The notes beneath the pieces were generated by a model. It ran no database searches. It had not been told where the DNA came from and saw nothing but the letters and a program-made list of their open reading frames with translations. Below are positions 10,067-21,457 of a stretch of DNA of 64,000 nucleotides, one piece after another; the stretch's first letter is position 1; the number at the start of each line of letters is the position of its first letter. The DNA is from Candidatus Bathyarchaeota archaeon. GTDB lineage: Archaea > Thermoproteota > Bathyarchaeia > Bathyarchaeales > Bathycorpusculaceae. A program made the translations under genes and the position numbers. The stretch covers positions 950,859 to 1,014,858 of the forward strand of contig OY968763.1 in assembly GCA_963695285.1 (NCBI GenBank), written 5' to 3'.

Positions 10067-11119
10067 TTACAGCAAGTAAGATGCAACCGTTAACTTTTCA
10101 GCGCCATCCCGAGTAACAAGCACAGTATCTTCGATTCGCACTCCACCAAAACCTGGAACATAGATTCCAGGCTCATCCGTCACCACATTGCCAGCGTCCA
10201 GCACTTCTTTGCTGTCAGGGCTCAAGATGGGTGCTTCGTGAACTTCCAAGCCGACGCCGTGGCCAAGGTTATGGACAAAAAACTCGCCGAACCCAGCCGC
10301 TTCAATCACTCGTCTCGCCGCCATATCCACGTCGCTTGCTAAAACGCCCGGTTTGATTGTTTCGAAGGCTTTTTGCTGTGCTTGTTGGACGGTTGAGTAG
10401 ATTTTTCTCTGTTTTTCTGATGGTTTTCCAGCGATGAAGGTTCGTGTGATGTCTGAACGATAGAATTTGTGGGTTGCGCCTAAATCAACGACAACCAAGT
10501 CGCCTTCTTTGATGATTTTTTCCAAGTTGCTTCCATGCGGGAAAGCTGACGTGACGCCTGAAGCCACAATGGTCTCGAAGGCTGTTCCGTCTGAACCTGC
10601 CTTGCGCATGGCATATTCGATTTCCGCTGCCACTTCCTTCTCCTTTACGCCTGCCCCCACGGTTTCAGAAGCCGTTTTCATGCCGATGTTTGCTAGTTTG
10701 CAGGCTTCGCGGATAAGTTGGATTTCTTCTTGGGTTTTGGTTTTGCGGAGTTCACGGATTAGATTGTTGGCTGGCTGGAGTTTTTCTTCTCCGCCGACTG
10801 CTTTGGCTAGGGTGCGCCAACTCTCAACTGGTAATGTGTCTACTGAGAATTTTTTGGCTGGGGCTTGTTTGGCGATTTTTTCCATCAGGTTTTCGCCCCG
10901 TTTTAGAAGTTCCACGCTTGCGCCTTTGACTTCTGCTTTTGCTTGTTCATAGTTGACTCCTGAAACATAAAGCACGTTTTCGCCTTGCTCGGGAATTAGT
11001 AGCGCTGTTGCTCCTGGAAAATTGGTGAAGTAGGTGATGTTGGTTTGGTTGAAGATTAGGAAGTTGGATGGTTTGCCTTGGTTGGCGGCTGATTGTTTTA
11101 GGGCGGTGGTTCGGTTCAA
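10067..11119 (-). CDS. pepQ: Xaa-Pro aminopeptidase/prolidase (M24B)
   Basis: PHG, DLG...SDITRT, HNLGHGVGLEVHE, EPGIY, GGVRIED. Confidence 0.9.
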   Translation of the reverse strand: MNRTTALKQSAANQGKPSNFLIFNQTNITYFTNFPGATALLIPEQGENVLYVSGVNYEQAKAEVKGASVELLKRGENLMEKIAKQAPAKKFSVDTLPVESWRTLAKAVGGEEKLQPANNLIRELRKTKTQEEIQLIREACKLANIGMKTASETVGAGVKEKEVAAEIEYAMRKAGSDGTAFETIVASGVTSAFPHGSNLEKIIKEGDLVVVDLGATHKFYRSDITRTFIAGKPSEKQRKIYSTVQQAQQKAFETIKPGVLASDVDMAARRVIEAAGFGEFFVHNLGHGVGLEVHEAPILSPDSKEVLDAGNVVTDEPGIYVPGFGGVRIEDTVLVTRDGAEKLTVASYLL

Positions 11120-11255
11120 GGTTTTCGCCTGTCTGAATGGGATTGGTTTGGGTTGGTTTAAGTTTTCGCTTCTCTGGGTGGTTTAGGAGGGCTGTTTATT
11201 GCGTTGTGTATCAAAAAACAGGTCGAAATTAACCGTGATTTTTTAAACGAACAAG

Positions 11256-11271
11256 CCATTAACTTAATATA
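11256..11271 (+). promoter_or_regulatory. Putative promoter/operator of aor-1 (CCATTAACTTAATATA)
   Basis: Identical 16-mer at the same distance upstream of both aor genes (second copy 14451..14466); contains TATA-like TTAATATA. Confidence 0.6.
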
Positions 11272-11317
11272 CTTTTCAGATGCCTACTAAGCTCAACAAA
11301 TTGAGGGGAAAAAAAGC

Positions 11318-13232
11318 ATGTTTGCTTACGCAGGAAAAATTTTACATGTTAACCTCACAACAGGAGAAACAAAAACCGAACCTTTAACCGAAGATATGGC
11401 TAAAAGCTACATCGGCGGAATCGGCTTAGGCATCCGTTTACTTATGGACAATTCAAAACCAGGCACAGACGCCTTTGACCCAGACAACCCAATAATTTAC
11501 TGTACGGGTCCACTTAGCGGCACCATGGGACCAACAGCCGGCAACGGTTACGCAGTGGTTTCCAAATCACCAGCCACAGGCGGAGTCGGCGAAGCTAAAG
11601 CTCACGGATTTTTTGGTCCTGACCTAAAACGTGCAGGATACGACGCTGTAATAATTACTGGTAAAGCACCTAAACTGTCTTACCTTTGGATTGACGATGA
11701 CAAAGTTGAAATCCGAAACGCCGAATACCTAAAAGACGCAACCGTTAACGATACCGATAACAAAATCCGAGATGAACTCGGAGACTTCTATATTCGTGTA
11801 TCAGCAATCGGTGAAGCAGGCGAAAAACTCTGCAGGTTTGCAGCCATCATAAATGACGAGTTCCGCGCCATCGGACGCACCGGTATGGGCGCAGTGATGG
11901 GCTCTAAAAACCTCAAGGCAGTCGCCGTAAGGGGAACAAAAGACGTTAACGTCGCAAACATGGAAGGCTTCAAAGAATACATAAAAATGATTCATGAACG
12001 CATGAAGGGTCCAGCAACCAAGAAATACAAGACCTTGGGTACACCCGAAAACGTTCTGGTTCTCAACTCGCTTTCAGCGTTGGCAACAAGGAACTGGACA
12101 AACGCTACTTTTGAAGGCGCCAACAAAGTCAGCGGCGAATACTTAAACGAGCATTATGTTAAGAAAATTGTGGGTTGCGCAACTTGCGGTATGCGTTGCG
12201 ACCACATTGCTGTTGTTCCAGAAGGACCATACAAAGGTTCAACTTCACGGTTGGAGTTCGAGTGCCTCTGGAGTATGGGACCACTCTGCGGTGTTGACCG
12301 TTTAGACGCAATTATAGAAGCCATGCGCATAGTAAACGAGTACGGCATGGACGGCATCTCAATCGGCGTCGTTGTCGCGTTCGCGATGGATCTCTATGAG
12401 CACGGCGTAATCACCAAAGAACAAACCGACGGAATCGACCTAAAATTCGGCAACGCTGAAGCCCTAATCGCTATTATCCACAAGATTGGCAAACGTGAAG
12501 GCTGGCTTGGCAACATCCTCGCTGAAGGTGTAGCAAAAGCAGCTGAATTAATCGGCGGAGACGCATACAAGTACGCTTGCCACATCAAAGGCTTAGAACT
12601 TCCAGGCTACGACCTAAGAACCCTAAAGACTGCAGCATTAGGCTTCTCAGTATCATTCCGAGGTGCATGCCACCTAAGAAACGGAGCTTACTCACCTGAC
12701 GTTAAAGGCAAAGTAAACCGCTTCAAAATCGAGAAAGGCAGAGGCAAAATGATTACTGACGAGAGCCACATGTACAACATCATCGACTCACTTATCGTCT
12801 GCAAATTCAGCAGAGGCACATACTACGACGGCTGGAAAGACCTCGCAAACTACTACACCTTAGCCACAGGCATCCCAATTACTCCTGAAGAAATGACTAG
12901 AAGACGGCGACAGAATCGAAAACCTCGCAAGACTCTTCAACATACGCGAAGGCAAAGGCACACGCAAATTCGACGATGTCCCATACAAGATAAAGAATTT
13001 CCCAGTACCCGACGAAGGACCAGCTAAAGGCGTCTGCGTCAGCGACGAAGAAATGGCAGTTGGCTTAGACGACTATTACGCTTCACGCGGATGGACAGCT
13101 GACGGTATCCCAACGGTTGAACGCCTGCAACTGTTAGGTTTAGGCGACTTAGCTTACATTGCTGAGGATGCAATGAAAGCAGCTAAAGAAGCCAAGCCTC
13201 AAGCGGCAGTAGCCACTGTAGGAGGAAACTAA
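11318..13232 (+). CDS. aor: Tungsten/molybdopterin aldehyde:ferredoxin oxidoreductase (copy 1), frameshift near 12900
   Basis: GRTGMGAVMGSKNLKA, CxxCxxxC, RGACH; C-terminus (DDYYASRGW...GIPT) continues in another frame to TAA 13232. Confidence 0.9.
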
Positions 13233-13233
13233 A

Positions 13234-13749
13234 ATGGTACGCCCACAAGACAGAAAATTCGTAACAGCAGACCCAGAAAAATGCATCGGCTGCTGTAGTC
13301 TGCGAATACGCCTGCAGCATGGTTAACGAGAAAACCTTCAACCCAAACAAATCACGCATACGCGCCATGCGCCTCGGTCCACTGGTAAACCTTGCAGTTA
13401 CCTGCAGGCACTGTGAAGACCCCGCATGCGTAGCAGCTTGCCCAAGAGACGCACTTAAACAGGAAGAGACAGCGGCATAATCCGCGTTGACGAAAACGCT
13501 TGCAACGGCTGCGGATGGTGCATCAGCGCATGCCAATTCGGCGCCATGAACATGCATCCAGAAAAGAAAGTCGTATTCACATGCAACAGCTGCACAGACA
13601 ACGAAACCAAAGAACCCCAATGCGTCAAATGGTGCCCCGAAGAAGCCTTAACCTACGTTACCGCAGAAACATTGGCACAGAAGTACCGACAGAAAGCGGT
13701 TAAGAACCTGTTCCAAACAGCCGAAGCAGAAAAAGCAAAATCCAAATAA
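13234..13749 (+). CDS. 4Fe-4S dicluster protein (AOR partner, copy 1), frameshifted
   Basis: CxxCEDPACVAACP, CNGCGWC, CVKWCPEEAL; paralog of 16378..16872. Confidence 0.85.
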
Positions 13750-13995
13750 GCTTAACGCTTTTTTAGCGCATTTTTTTTAGCGCTTTACTTTTCCTTTTTT
13801 AATCTTCAATTTGATAATCATTCTGTTGAATCGGTGTGTTCACATTTGAGAAAGTTTTTTCTTTACCGGTGATAATGAACCAAATTGGTATGCCTGCTTG
13901 ACCAAGAAGGTGGCTCATTAAGCTATCATAAAAATGTAGAGGCGGAATAGAGCAGAAATTTTACAGTGAGAAATAGTGTTCTTAGTAATTATGTT

Positions 13996-14284
13996 TTAGC
14001 CGCCTGTCATCAGCGACATCAAAATGACGGTGTCGCGGTCTTTGAGCGGAGTTTTTACGCCTTGGAGTTGGTCCATCAAAACGCCGTTTACCATGGCTAC
14101 AAAGGATGCTTTCATCTCTTTTTTGACTGGGTCATAGACTTCAGTTTTGAATTGGTTTGCCGTAGTCCTCAGCGATTTTGTCGAGCAGTTCCGACAGTAC
14201 TGTGCCGTTTGGGAGCGTGAATTCGTCTTGGCTTGTGTTTGTGTAGGATTTTACTAGGCTGATGTAGTGGACTTTGACTTGCAT
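13996..14284 (-). CDS. MoaD/ThiS/SAMP ubiquitin-like sulfur carrier, frameshifted
   Basis: Starts MQVKVHY and ends ...ILMSLMTGG-stop (C-terminal GG); lies between the aor genes. Confidence 0.8.
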
Positions 14285-14450
14285 TTTCTGTGCCTTCTGC
14301 TCTGGATTAGTGTTTGTTTTTGGGTTCTGATATTTCTTTTCTCTGCTTAAACAGGTTTTTACCATGAAACTATGGATTTTAACGCTGTTTCAGCAGTAAA
14401 TAACGGCGTTTACGATTCAAAAATAAGCCATGAATTTCCAAACAAAGAAC

Positions 14451-14466
14451 CCATTAACTTAATATA
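14451..14466 (+). promoter_or_regulatory. Putative promoter/operator of aor-2
   Basis: Identical to 11256..11271. Confidence 0.6.
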
Positions 14467-14512
14467 TTGTTCAACAGCACTAAATATTCTAAACTCTTGG
14501 AGAGAACAAGGT

Positions 14513-16373
14513 TTGCTAGGTTACGCAGGAACAATCTTATACGTTGATTTAACCACAGGCAAAACTCGCACGGAAAAACTAAGCGAAGAAGATCGCCAAA
14601 AAATACATCGGCGGCATCGGCCTTGGCATGAAACTCTGGTTATCCAACTCAAAAGCAGGCGTTGACCCGCTTAGCCCAGAAAACCCGCTTGTATTAGCAC
14701 TTGGGCCAGTTTCAGGAACAATGTTTCCCACAGGCTGGAAACGGCCACGCATTCATATCTAAATCACCCGAAACAAACGGTGTCGGCGAAGCAGTAAGCC
14801 ACGGCACCTTTGGAGCAGAACTAAAAAGAGCAGGATACGACGCCTTAATTTTAACTGGGAAAGCTGAGAAACCAGTTTACCTCTGGATTGACGACGACTC
14901 AGTCCAGCTGCTTGATGCATCACAGCTTTGGGGTAAGTCACCCGGCGAAACTGAAGATGCCATCAAAAACGAAATCGGCGACTACTACGTTCGAGTAGCC
15001 TCTATCGGTTTAGCAGGCGAAAAACAATCAAAAATCGCATGCATAATAAACGAGAAAACCCGTGCTGCAGGAAGAACCGGGCTTGGCGCAGTCATGGGCA
15101 GCAAGAACCTTAAAGCCATCGCTGTCAGAGGAACCCGCGACATAATAGTTGCGAAACCTGATGAATTCATGGAAATGGTCAAAGAATTCCATGAACGCAT
15201 GAAAGGCCCAGCCGCACAGAAATACCGCACCCTGGGCACACCCGAAAACCTCATGATTACAAAACACACTCTACTGCATGCCAACACGCAACTTCAACAA
15301 CGCCCATTTCGAGAACGCTGAAAAAGTCAGCGGACGAAACACTCAACGAACGATACATTGCAAAAATCATCGCTTGCAACTCATGCGCAATGCGGTGCGA
15401 ACATGAAGCACTCATCCGCGAAGGACCCTACAAAGGCACCTTGGCACGAATGGAATACGATAATCTCTGGGCGCTCGGACCCAACTGCGGCGTAGACAAA
15501 CTGGACGCAATAATCAAAGCTGCTGAACTCTGCAACTACTATGGCCTTGACGCAACAAGCGCAGGCGTAACTGTCAGCTTCGTGATGGACTGCCACGAAA
15601 AAGGCATCCTAACACACGAAGACCTCGGCGGATTAGATGCTCACTTCGGAAACGCAGATGCATTAATCCAACTTATCGAAAAAATCGGCAAACGCGAAGG
15701 AATCGGCGACATGCTCGCGGACGGCGTAAAAGTAGCTGCAGAAAAAATCGGCAAAAACTCAATGGAGCTTGCGCAGCAAATTAAAGGCTTAGAAGTTACA
15801 GGCTACGACCTGCGTTGCCTAAAAACAACCGCGTTAGGCTCTGCAGTTTCGTTCCGCGGAGCAGACCACAACCGAAGCGGCGCTTACACCATCGACTTAA
15901 AGGGCAAAGTTGACCGTTTGAAAGCTGAAAAAGGCCGCGGCAAACTCGTTAAAGACGCAGAAGACATCTACGCGTTAATCGATTCACTTATCATCTGCAA
16001 AAACGCTAAAGGCACCCTCTACAAGGAACTCGCCGACATGGCAAAACTCTACAGCCTAGTCACAGGCTCCGAGATGACGCCAGAAGAGCTTAAAGTTGCA
16101 GGCGAACGAATAAACACAATCGCCAAACTCATCAACGTCCGAGAAGGCAAAAGCCGCAAAGACGACACTTTGCCATGGAAAGTCATGAACCAGCCGATTC
16201 CAGATGATGGACCAGCAAAAGGCGCTATCGTAACCCAAGACGAACTTGACCTGCTACTGGACGATTACTATCAAGCCCGAGGCTGGAACGTCGAAGGCAT
16301 ACCGACCAAAGCTAAACTCCAAGAATTAGGTTTGCAAGATTACCTCAGTATAATTGAAGGAAAAGAGGCGTAA
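14513..16373 (+). CDS. aor: Aldehyde:ferredoxin oxidoreductase (copy 2), several frameshifts
   Basis: GYAGTILYVDL start, GRTGLGAVMGSKNLKA, RGADH, DDYYQARGW; paralog of copy 1. Confidence 0.88.
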
Positions 16374-16377
16374 AAGA

Positions 16378-16872
16378 ATGGTTAAAGAACACGAAAGAAA
16401 ATTTGTTTCCGCTGACCCGGAAAAATGCGTCGGCTGCCAAATATGCGAGTACGCTTGCTCATTCACCAAAGAAAAAGCCTTCAACCCACTTAAATCACGC
16501 ATCCGAGTAGTTAGAGTTAACCAGTTAGCAAACATGGCGGTTACATGCAGACTCTGCGAAGACCCAGCCTGCGTAGCCGCTTGCCCACGAGATGCACTCA
16601 CACAGTCAGAAGATACAGGCAACATCGTTTTAGACAAGGACAAATGCAACGGCTGCGGCTGGTGCATCGAAGCCTGCGACTACGGCGCCATAATGCTGCA
16701 TCCAGAAACCAAAGTCGTCTACGTCTGCGACATGTGCAAAGACAAAGCTGATGGACCACAATGCGTTAAATGGTGCCCTGAAGAAGCAATAACCGTAGTT
16801 ACAAGCGATGTGCTGGCGCAGAAAGCAAGAATCGGCGCAATCAAAAAACTCTTCCAAGAAAAGAAAAAATAG
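16378..16872 (+). CDS. 4Fe-4S dicluster protein (AOR partner, copy 2)
   Basis: CVGCQICEYAC, CRLCEDPACVAACP, CNGCGWCIEAC, CDMC...CVKWCP. Confidence 0.9.
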   Translation: MVKEHERKFVSADPEKCVGCQICEYACSFTKEKAFNPLKSRIRVVRVNQLANMAVTCRLCEDPACVAACPRDALTQSEDTGNIVLDKDKCNGCGWCIEACDYGAIMLHPETKVVYVCDMCKDKADGPQCVKWCPEEAITVVTSDVLAQKARIGAIKKLFQEKKK

Positions 16873-16996
16873 AAAAAGGCAATTTTTTTCAGCCCCAATC
16901 CATTATTTTTTAAATCAATTTTAACAAGAATTACATTCAGCATTTTGCAAAACCTATTAATAATAACCTGCCATCAACGTTTGCAGGTGCCAGCAT

Positions 16997-17800
16997 TTGC
17001 TTGACCAACTACTCACCACAATAATCCTCGGTTTAATCCAAGGCTTCGCAGAGTGGCTGCCCATCTCCAGCACAGCTCACTTAAGAATCACGGAGCATTT
17101 CTTGGGTTTTCAGGCAACACCTCTTTTCAACGTGTTTTTGCACATTGGCACCCTTGGGGTTGTAATCTTTTATTTCAGGCACGACATCAAAATCGTTCTT
17201 ACCGCGTTGGTGCATCGAGATTTCCATTCAGAATACGGCACGATTCATCCCACTAATCATCGTTGCAACTATCCCCACAGGCATAATCGGGCTACTCTAC
17301 GACAAATTCATAGCCGACACACTACCAAACCCTCCTAATCATCGGAGTCACCTTCCTATTCGGCGCTGCCCTGCTGTTCTTCTCCAAATATGGCAAAGAA
17401 AACCAAACTCAAATCTCCTACAGACAAAGCACTTGTTATGGGTGCTGCCCAAGGCGCTGCGAGTTTTCCGGGGCTCTCAAGAAGCGGCTCAACCATATCG
17501 AGCGGGCTTTTGCAGGGCGTTAAACGAGAAATGGTTTTCAAATTCTCCTTTCTGCTTTCTATCCCAGCCATAATAGGCGACTTAGGCGTGGAAGCCTACC
17601 TGCAGCGAGGAAGCTTTTCCCAAGGCATCGGCATCAGCCCGCTTAACCTTCTGGTCGGTTTAGTGTTTACGGTTATTGCAGGCTACTTAGCCATTGTACT
17701 GGTGAAAAAACTGGTTTTGAGCAAAAGATTCCATTACTTTGCTGCCTACACGTTTGCTCTCGGAGTTATCTTGATAATTTTGGCGCTCTCAGGCTTCTAG
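16997..17800 (+). CDS. uppP: Undecaprenyl/polyprenyl-diphosphate phosphatase (BacA/UppP), frameshifted
   Basis: QGFAEWLPISSTAHL, PGLSRSGSTI, FSFLLSIPA. Confidence 0.88.
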
Positions 17801-17834
17801 ATTTTTCCATGTTCCCTTTCGTGTTCTATCATGC

Positions 17835-19616
17835 TTAGATGACTTTTTCTAAGTCAGCGATGAAGCGTTCAAACACCTTTAAGCCGCCGCTCCAGAAGCT
17901 TGGGTCTGCCACGTTTAACCCAACGATTTCGCCAATTTCCAGCGGCGACACGCTGCCGCCCGCAGACAACGCCTTCACCAACTTTGGTACAAACGCTTTG
18001 CCCTCCTCCAAATACCGCTCGTACAGCGAGTAGACGAACATTTGGGCGTAGACGTAGGGGTAATTGTAGAAGCGGTAGTTTGCCATGTAGTAGTGGGGTT
18101 TTATGGTCCATTCGGCTTCCATTTCTGGGAACCATGTGACGGCGTCGCCGTAGATGCGGTCCCGAGATTTGGTCCAGTGGCTGCAGACGGTTGGGTAATC
18201 CAAGAATTCGCCCTGCTCTATGGAGGCGTAGAGTGCCTGCTCAAACCACACCCGTGCAGTAACCTGGAAAGCTGTCATCCCAGCCTCATCCAAAACCAGG
18301 CACAGCAGCGCTTTGCGTTCCGCATCCGACTTTGCCCCATCCAGCAGCAAATCAGTGAGCAACAACTCGCCAAAAATCGACGCCGTCTCTGCCACGGCGG
18401 AGGGAACGTTCATGTTAAGCAGCGTTTGGCTTCTTGAAGCGTACCAGTCATGGGTCGCGTGCCCAAGCTCATGTGCCAACGTGAAAACATCAGTCAACGT
18501 GCCGTTGAAGCTTTGCAGAATATAGGCGGATTTGCCGTTGTAGTAGCCTGCGCAAAACGCGCCGTTGCGTTTGCCAAAGCGTGGAGTGGCGTCTATGTGG
18601 CGTTTTTGGAACATTTCTTTGACTGCGTTGGCGTATTGGGGGTCGAAGCGGCTGTAGGCTTTGATTACCAGGTCTTGCGCTTCTTGGAATGTAAATTTGA
18701 GTTCTGGCGCATCTGGAAGCGGAGCCATAATGTCATGGTTTCCCAGCGTGGGCAGATTCATCAGTTTGGCCTTTAACTTGAGGTAACGCCGATAAGTCGC
18801 AGCGCCCTCCTCGACGGTTTTAAGCAAGTTGCCAATGATGCCCTCCTCGGTGTCGTTGCTAATTAAGCTGGATTCCATGGGCGAAGAGTATTTTCGGCGT
18901 TTAGACACTGTTACCCAGTCGTTGCAGATGCTGCGGAGTGCCGCGGAGAAGACTTCGCCGTCTTTTCCTAGCAGCCCATAAATTGCGCGGTTAGCGGATT
19001 CCCGTGTGGCACGATCAGGGTGAGGCAGCAAACCGTTGGCTTCCCCATAGTTAAGGGTCTTTTTCTCCCCCAAGACCGCGACGTCGAAGAGGCGGGTGTT
19101 AAGCCATTTGCTCTGCAGCTCCGACCAAGCGTTTACGCCGAACTGGTCTTTTTCGATTATGAGTTGCTCTTCCACTTCGGAGAGCTGGTGTTCGACTCGG
19201 CGGTGGACACGTTCTAGCGAGTGTCTGTAATTGGATAAGGTTTTCTCGTTGATAATCTGAGGGTTTCTTTTGACCAAAGCGCCAAGCTCCAGAGAGTAAA
19301 ACGCCAGTTGCTTACCGATGTTGGCTGAGAGTTTGTCTACCCTGTCATTTAACGCCTGCGCTTGGGGCTCCGTCATGTCTGCCGCAAAGATCAGGCTTGA
19401 AAACAAGGAAATGCCGCTGATTTTTGATTCAAAAACCTCAACATCCCTAAGGCACTGCAATAAACCCTCAGCTGATAGGCAGGTTATTTTGCCGCGGTAA
19501 GCCTTCTCGAACGCGTCTGCCAAAACGGTGGCTTCTTTGATGGCTTGGTTAACTTTAGGGTCATTTATGCTTGGGAAAAGTTCAGTTAAGTTCCATGTGT
19601 CTTGTTGAGTTACCAA
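17835..19616 (-). CDS. pepF: Oligoendopeptidase F (M3B)
   Basis: HELGHATH zinc motif, GKRNGAFC, AETASIFGE, FYNYPY. Confidence 0.9.
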   Translation of the reverse strand: MVTQQDTWNLTELFPSINDPKVNQAIKEATVLADAFEKAYRGKITCLSAEGLLQCLRDVEVFESKISGISLFSSLIFAADMTEPQAQALNDRVDKLSANIGKQLAFYSLELGALVKRNPQIINEKTLSNYRHSLERVHRRVEHQLSEVEEQLIIEKDQFGVNAWSELQSKWLNTRLFDVAVLGEKKTLNYGEANGLLPHPDRATRESANRAIYGLLGKDGEVFSAALRSICNDWVTVSKRRKYSSPMESSLISNDTEEGIIGNLLKTVEEGAATYRRYLKLKAKLMNLPTLGNHDIMAPLPDAPELKFTFQEAQDLVIKAYSRFDPQYANAVKEMFQKRHIDATPRFGKRNGAFCAGYYNGKSAYILQSFNGTLTDVFTLAHELGHATHDWYASRSQTLLNMNVPSAVAETASIFGELLLTDLLLDGAKSDAERKALLCLVLDEAGMTAFQVTARVWFEQALYASIEQGEFLDYPTVCSHWTKSRDRIYGDAVTWFPEMEAEWTIKPHYYMANYRFYNYPYVYAQMFVYSLYERYLEEGKAFVPKLVKALSAGGSVSPLEIGEIVGLNVADPSFWSGGLKVFERFIADLEKVI

Positions 19617-19704
19617 ATATGTTCGCCTCTGCTTGGTAGTGTGGGCTGGGTTATTTTGGGTTATTGTTCTCGCCCCAGGATTGGGGCTTTAATCGGCATT
19701 TTAG

Positions 19705-19905
19705 TTAAGTCAAGATTGCTGGTGCTTCGCACATTTGTGCTGAATCAAAGTTTTCGAGAATTAACTTGTTGCCTTTTTTGATGGTGACGTAGTCGGTTCC
19801 GCAGACTGGGCAGGGAACAAACTCATGTTCTCCTACAGCGTCGAACTCGAAGCTGGAGTGGCATTCGGGGCAAACAAAAACTATCGATGCGTCTATTATT
19901 TTCAT
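19705..19905 (-). CDS. Small zinc-ribbon protein, LysW-like fold without the EDWGE tail
   Basis: CPEC...CPVCG. Confidence 0.6.
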   Translation of the reverse strand: MKIIDASIVFVCPECHSSFEFDAVGEHEFVPCPVCGTDYVTIKKGNKLILENFDSAQMCEAPAILT

Positions 19906-20055
19906 TTTTCTATCCTCCTGAAAAAATCAAGTTTTCAAATAATTATTCTAATTTATTTTTGTGACTGTATAGAAACAGATTATTTGTCTCTGTTTTATAA
20001 TACGAGTGATGACATGCTATTAACTGTATCCGTAAAAAACTGACTTTTATATGTG

Positions 20056-20289
20056 TTACAGTTCTTTTTTAGCGCTGTCCAGTTGTTCTTCCAGTTTTTC
20101 TCTGCATCTAAGTACTTCGCTTTCTTTGAGGCCTATTTGGTCTGCATTTAAGCTCTTCATTAAGTCTTTGTCGCTTAAATTTACTAATTTTTCAGTAAGT
20201 TCTTCAATGAGCTTGCGGATTTCTTGGAGTTCCAAAGCTATGCCCCTGAGGTTTCTTTTGTCCTCCTCTGTGAAAACTGTTTTAACCAA
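20056..20289 (-). CDS. Orphan antitoxin-like protein, paralog of 21756..21986
   Basis: VKTVFTEEDKRNL...LSDKDLMKSL vs VEAVFTDEDKKNL...LSDEKLMKSI; TTG start with GGTGA upstream. Confidence 0.7.
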   Translation of the reverse strand: MVKTVFTEEDKRNLRGIALELQEIRKLIEELTEKLVNLSDKDLMKSLNADQIGLKESEVLRCREKLEEQLDSAKKEL

Positions 20290-20362
20290 CCAAGTCACCA
20301 AGCTAAACTCGTATTTTACAAGCGCGGGCAGTATTAAAATTTCCCTAAAACATGGAAGATTG

Positions 20363-20391
20363 TGGTGTTTGGGCAGGACTTGAACCTGCGA
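20363..20391 (-). repeat. Degenerate tRNA 3'-end copy (old att-like scar)
   Basis: Minus strand TCGCAGGTTCAAGTCCTGCCCAAACACCA gives a T-arm plus ACCA; flank 20331..20345 is identical to 22030..22044. Confidence 0.65.
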
Positions 20392-20430
20392 CATCTGAAA
20401 ATCGCTTCGACTTAATCAGCGAAAAATGAG

Positions 20431-20649
20431 TCACTTTAAAGTTTTGAGTTGCCCAATTAATTCTTTTTTCATTTTTTCGTTAGCTACAATTTCCTTTCGC
20501 GCCTTTTTCCAATCTGCAGAGCAATGTCCATAGCTTGACTGCTCGCCTATGTACTTGTGTATGACCGCATCAATCTTTTCTTTGTTCTTTTCGTTTACTT
20601 CTACTCCTGCCTCTTTCAAGACAGTACCAAACCATTTCCAACAAGTCAT
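20431..20649 (-). CDS. Small hypothetical protein
   Basis: 72-aa ORF MTCW...IDAVIH...CSADWK with protein-like composition. Confidence 0.55.
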   Translation of the reverse strand: MTCWKWFGTVLKEAGVEVNEKNKEKIDAVIHKYIGEQSSYGHCSADWKKARKEIVANEKMKKELIGQLKTLK

Positions 20650-20858
20650 ATTATCAAAACACCATTATTATGACAAGGTGTTTAACGAAGCCTATTTGCT
20701 TTTCGCTCTCCTTACTGAGCTATTAGAACCTGGGCAAAATACCGGTAATTTGAGATTTTGGCCCTACGGGCAGGGTTTAGGTTTGTGGGAAGATTTTTAT
20801 CGGTTGAAAAAGTAATCCCTTTATACGTCTATAGCTATAGTTATAGCGAGGAATTCAT

Positions 20859-21059
20859 TTGCCCACAACTGTTCAAGTAGACGAAAAAACCCTGCAGATG
20901 CTAAACAAAATCAAAAAAGAAATGAAAGCCAACAGCCACAACCAAGTCATAAAATCACTGATTCTTGAACGCAAAAACATTCCCGGCTCCATGTTTGGGT
21001 CAAACCGCAAACTAAAGCCTTTTACACGGAAAGACGAAGCTGAATTCCATGACCTCTAA
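20859..21059 (+). CDS. vapB: VapB-type antitoxin (RHH-like)
   Basis: PTTVQVDEKTLQML N-terminus; overlaps the downstream PIN gene. Confidence 0.75.
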   Translation: MPTTVQVDEKTLQMLNKIKKEMKANSHNQVIKSLILERKNIPGSMFGSNRKLKPFTRKDEAEFHDL

Positions 21060-21456
21060 ATATGTTATAGACGCTTACGCTTGGATAGAATATTTTAGAG
21101 CTTCCGAATACGGTGAAGTTGCCAAAGAATATATAGAAAGTACAGATTCAGTCACACCAAGCATTGTTGTTTCAGAAGTAAGTCGAAAACTGCAAAAAGA
21201 AACAGAGCTTGGAAACGAGACATCGGAGGGCAGATTAAAACGCTTAGAATTCATCAGTGCAACAAGCCAAGTCGTCGAGTTGGATTTCGAGCTTGCTGTG
21301 ATAGCTGGAAAAACCGCTTGTGAAATGAATAAACAAGAGAAGGGCTGGGGTTTAGCAGATGCCATTGTTCTCTGTACGGCAAGAAACCTCGGCGGCAAAG
21401 TGGTAACAGGCGATGAACATTTCAGAGACCTAAAAGAAGTTATTTTTATAAAGTAA
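21049..21456 (+). CDS. vapC: VapC PIN-domain ribonuclease toxin
   Basis: VIDAYAWIEY, SEV, GLADAIV, VTGDEHF. Confidence 0.9.
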   Translation: MTSKYVIDAYAWIEYFRASEYGEVAKEYIESTDSVTPSIVVSEVSRKLQKETELGNETSEGRLKRLEFISATSQVVELDFELAVIAGKTACEMNKQEKGWGLADAIVLCTARNLGGKVVTGDEHFRDLKEVIFIK

Positions 21457-21457
21457 A

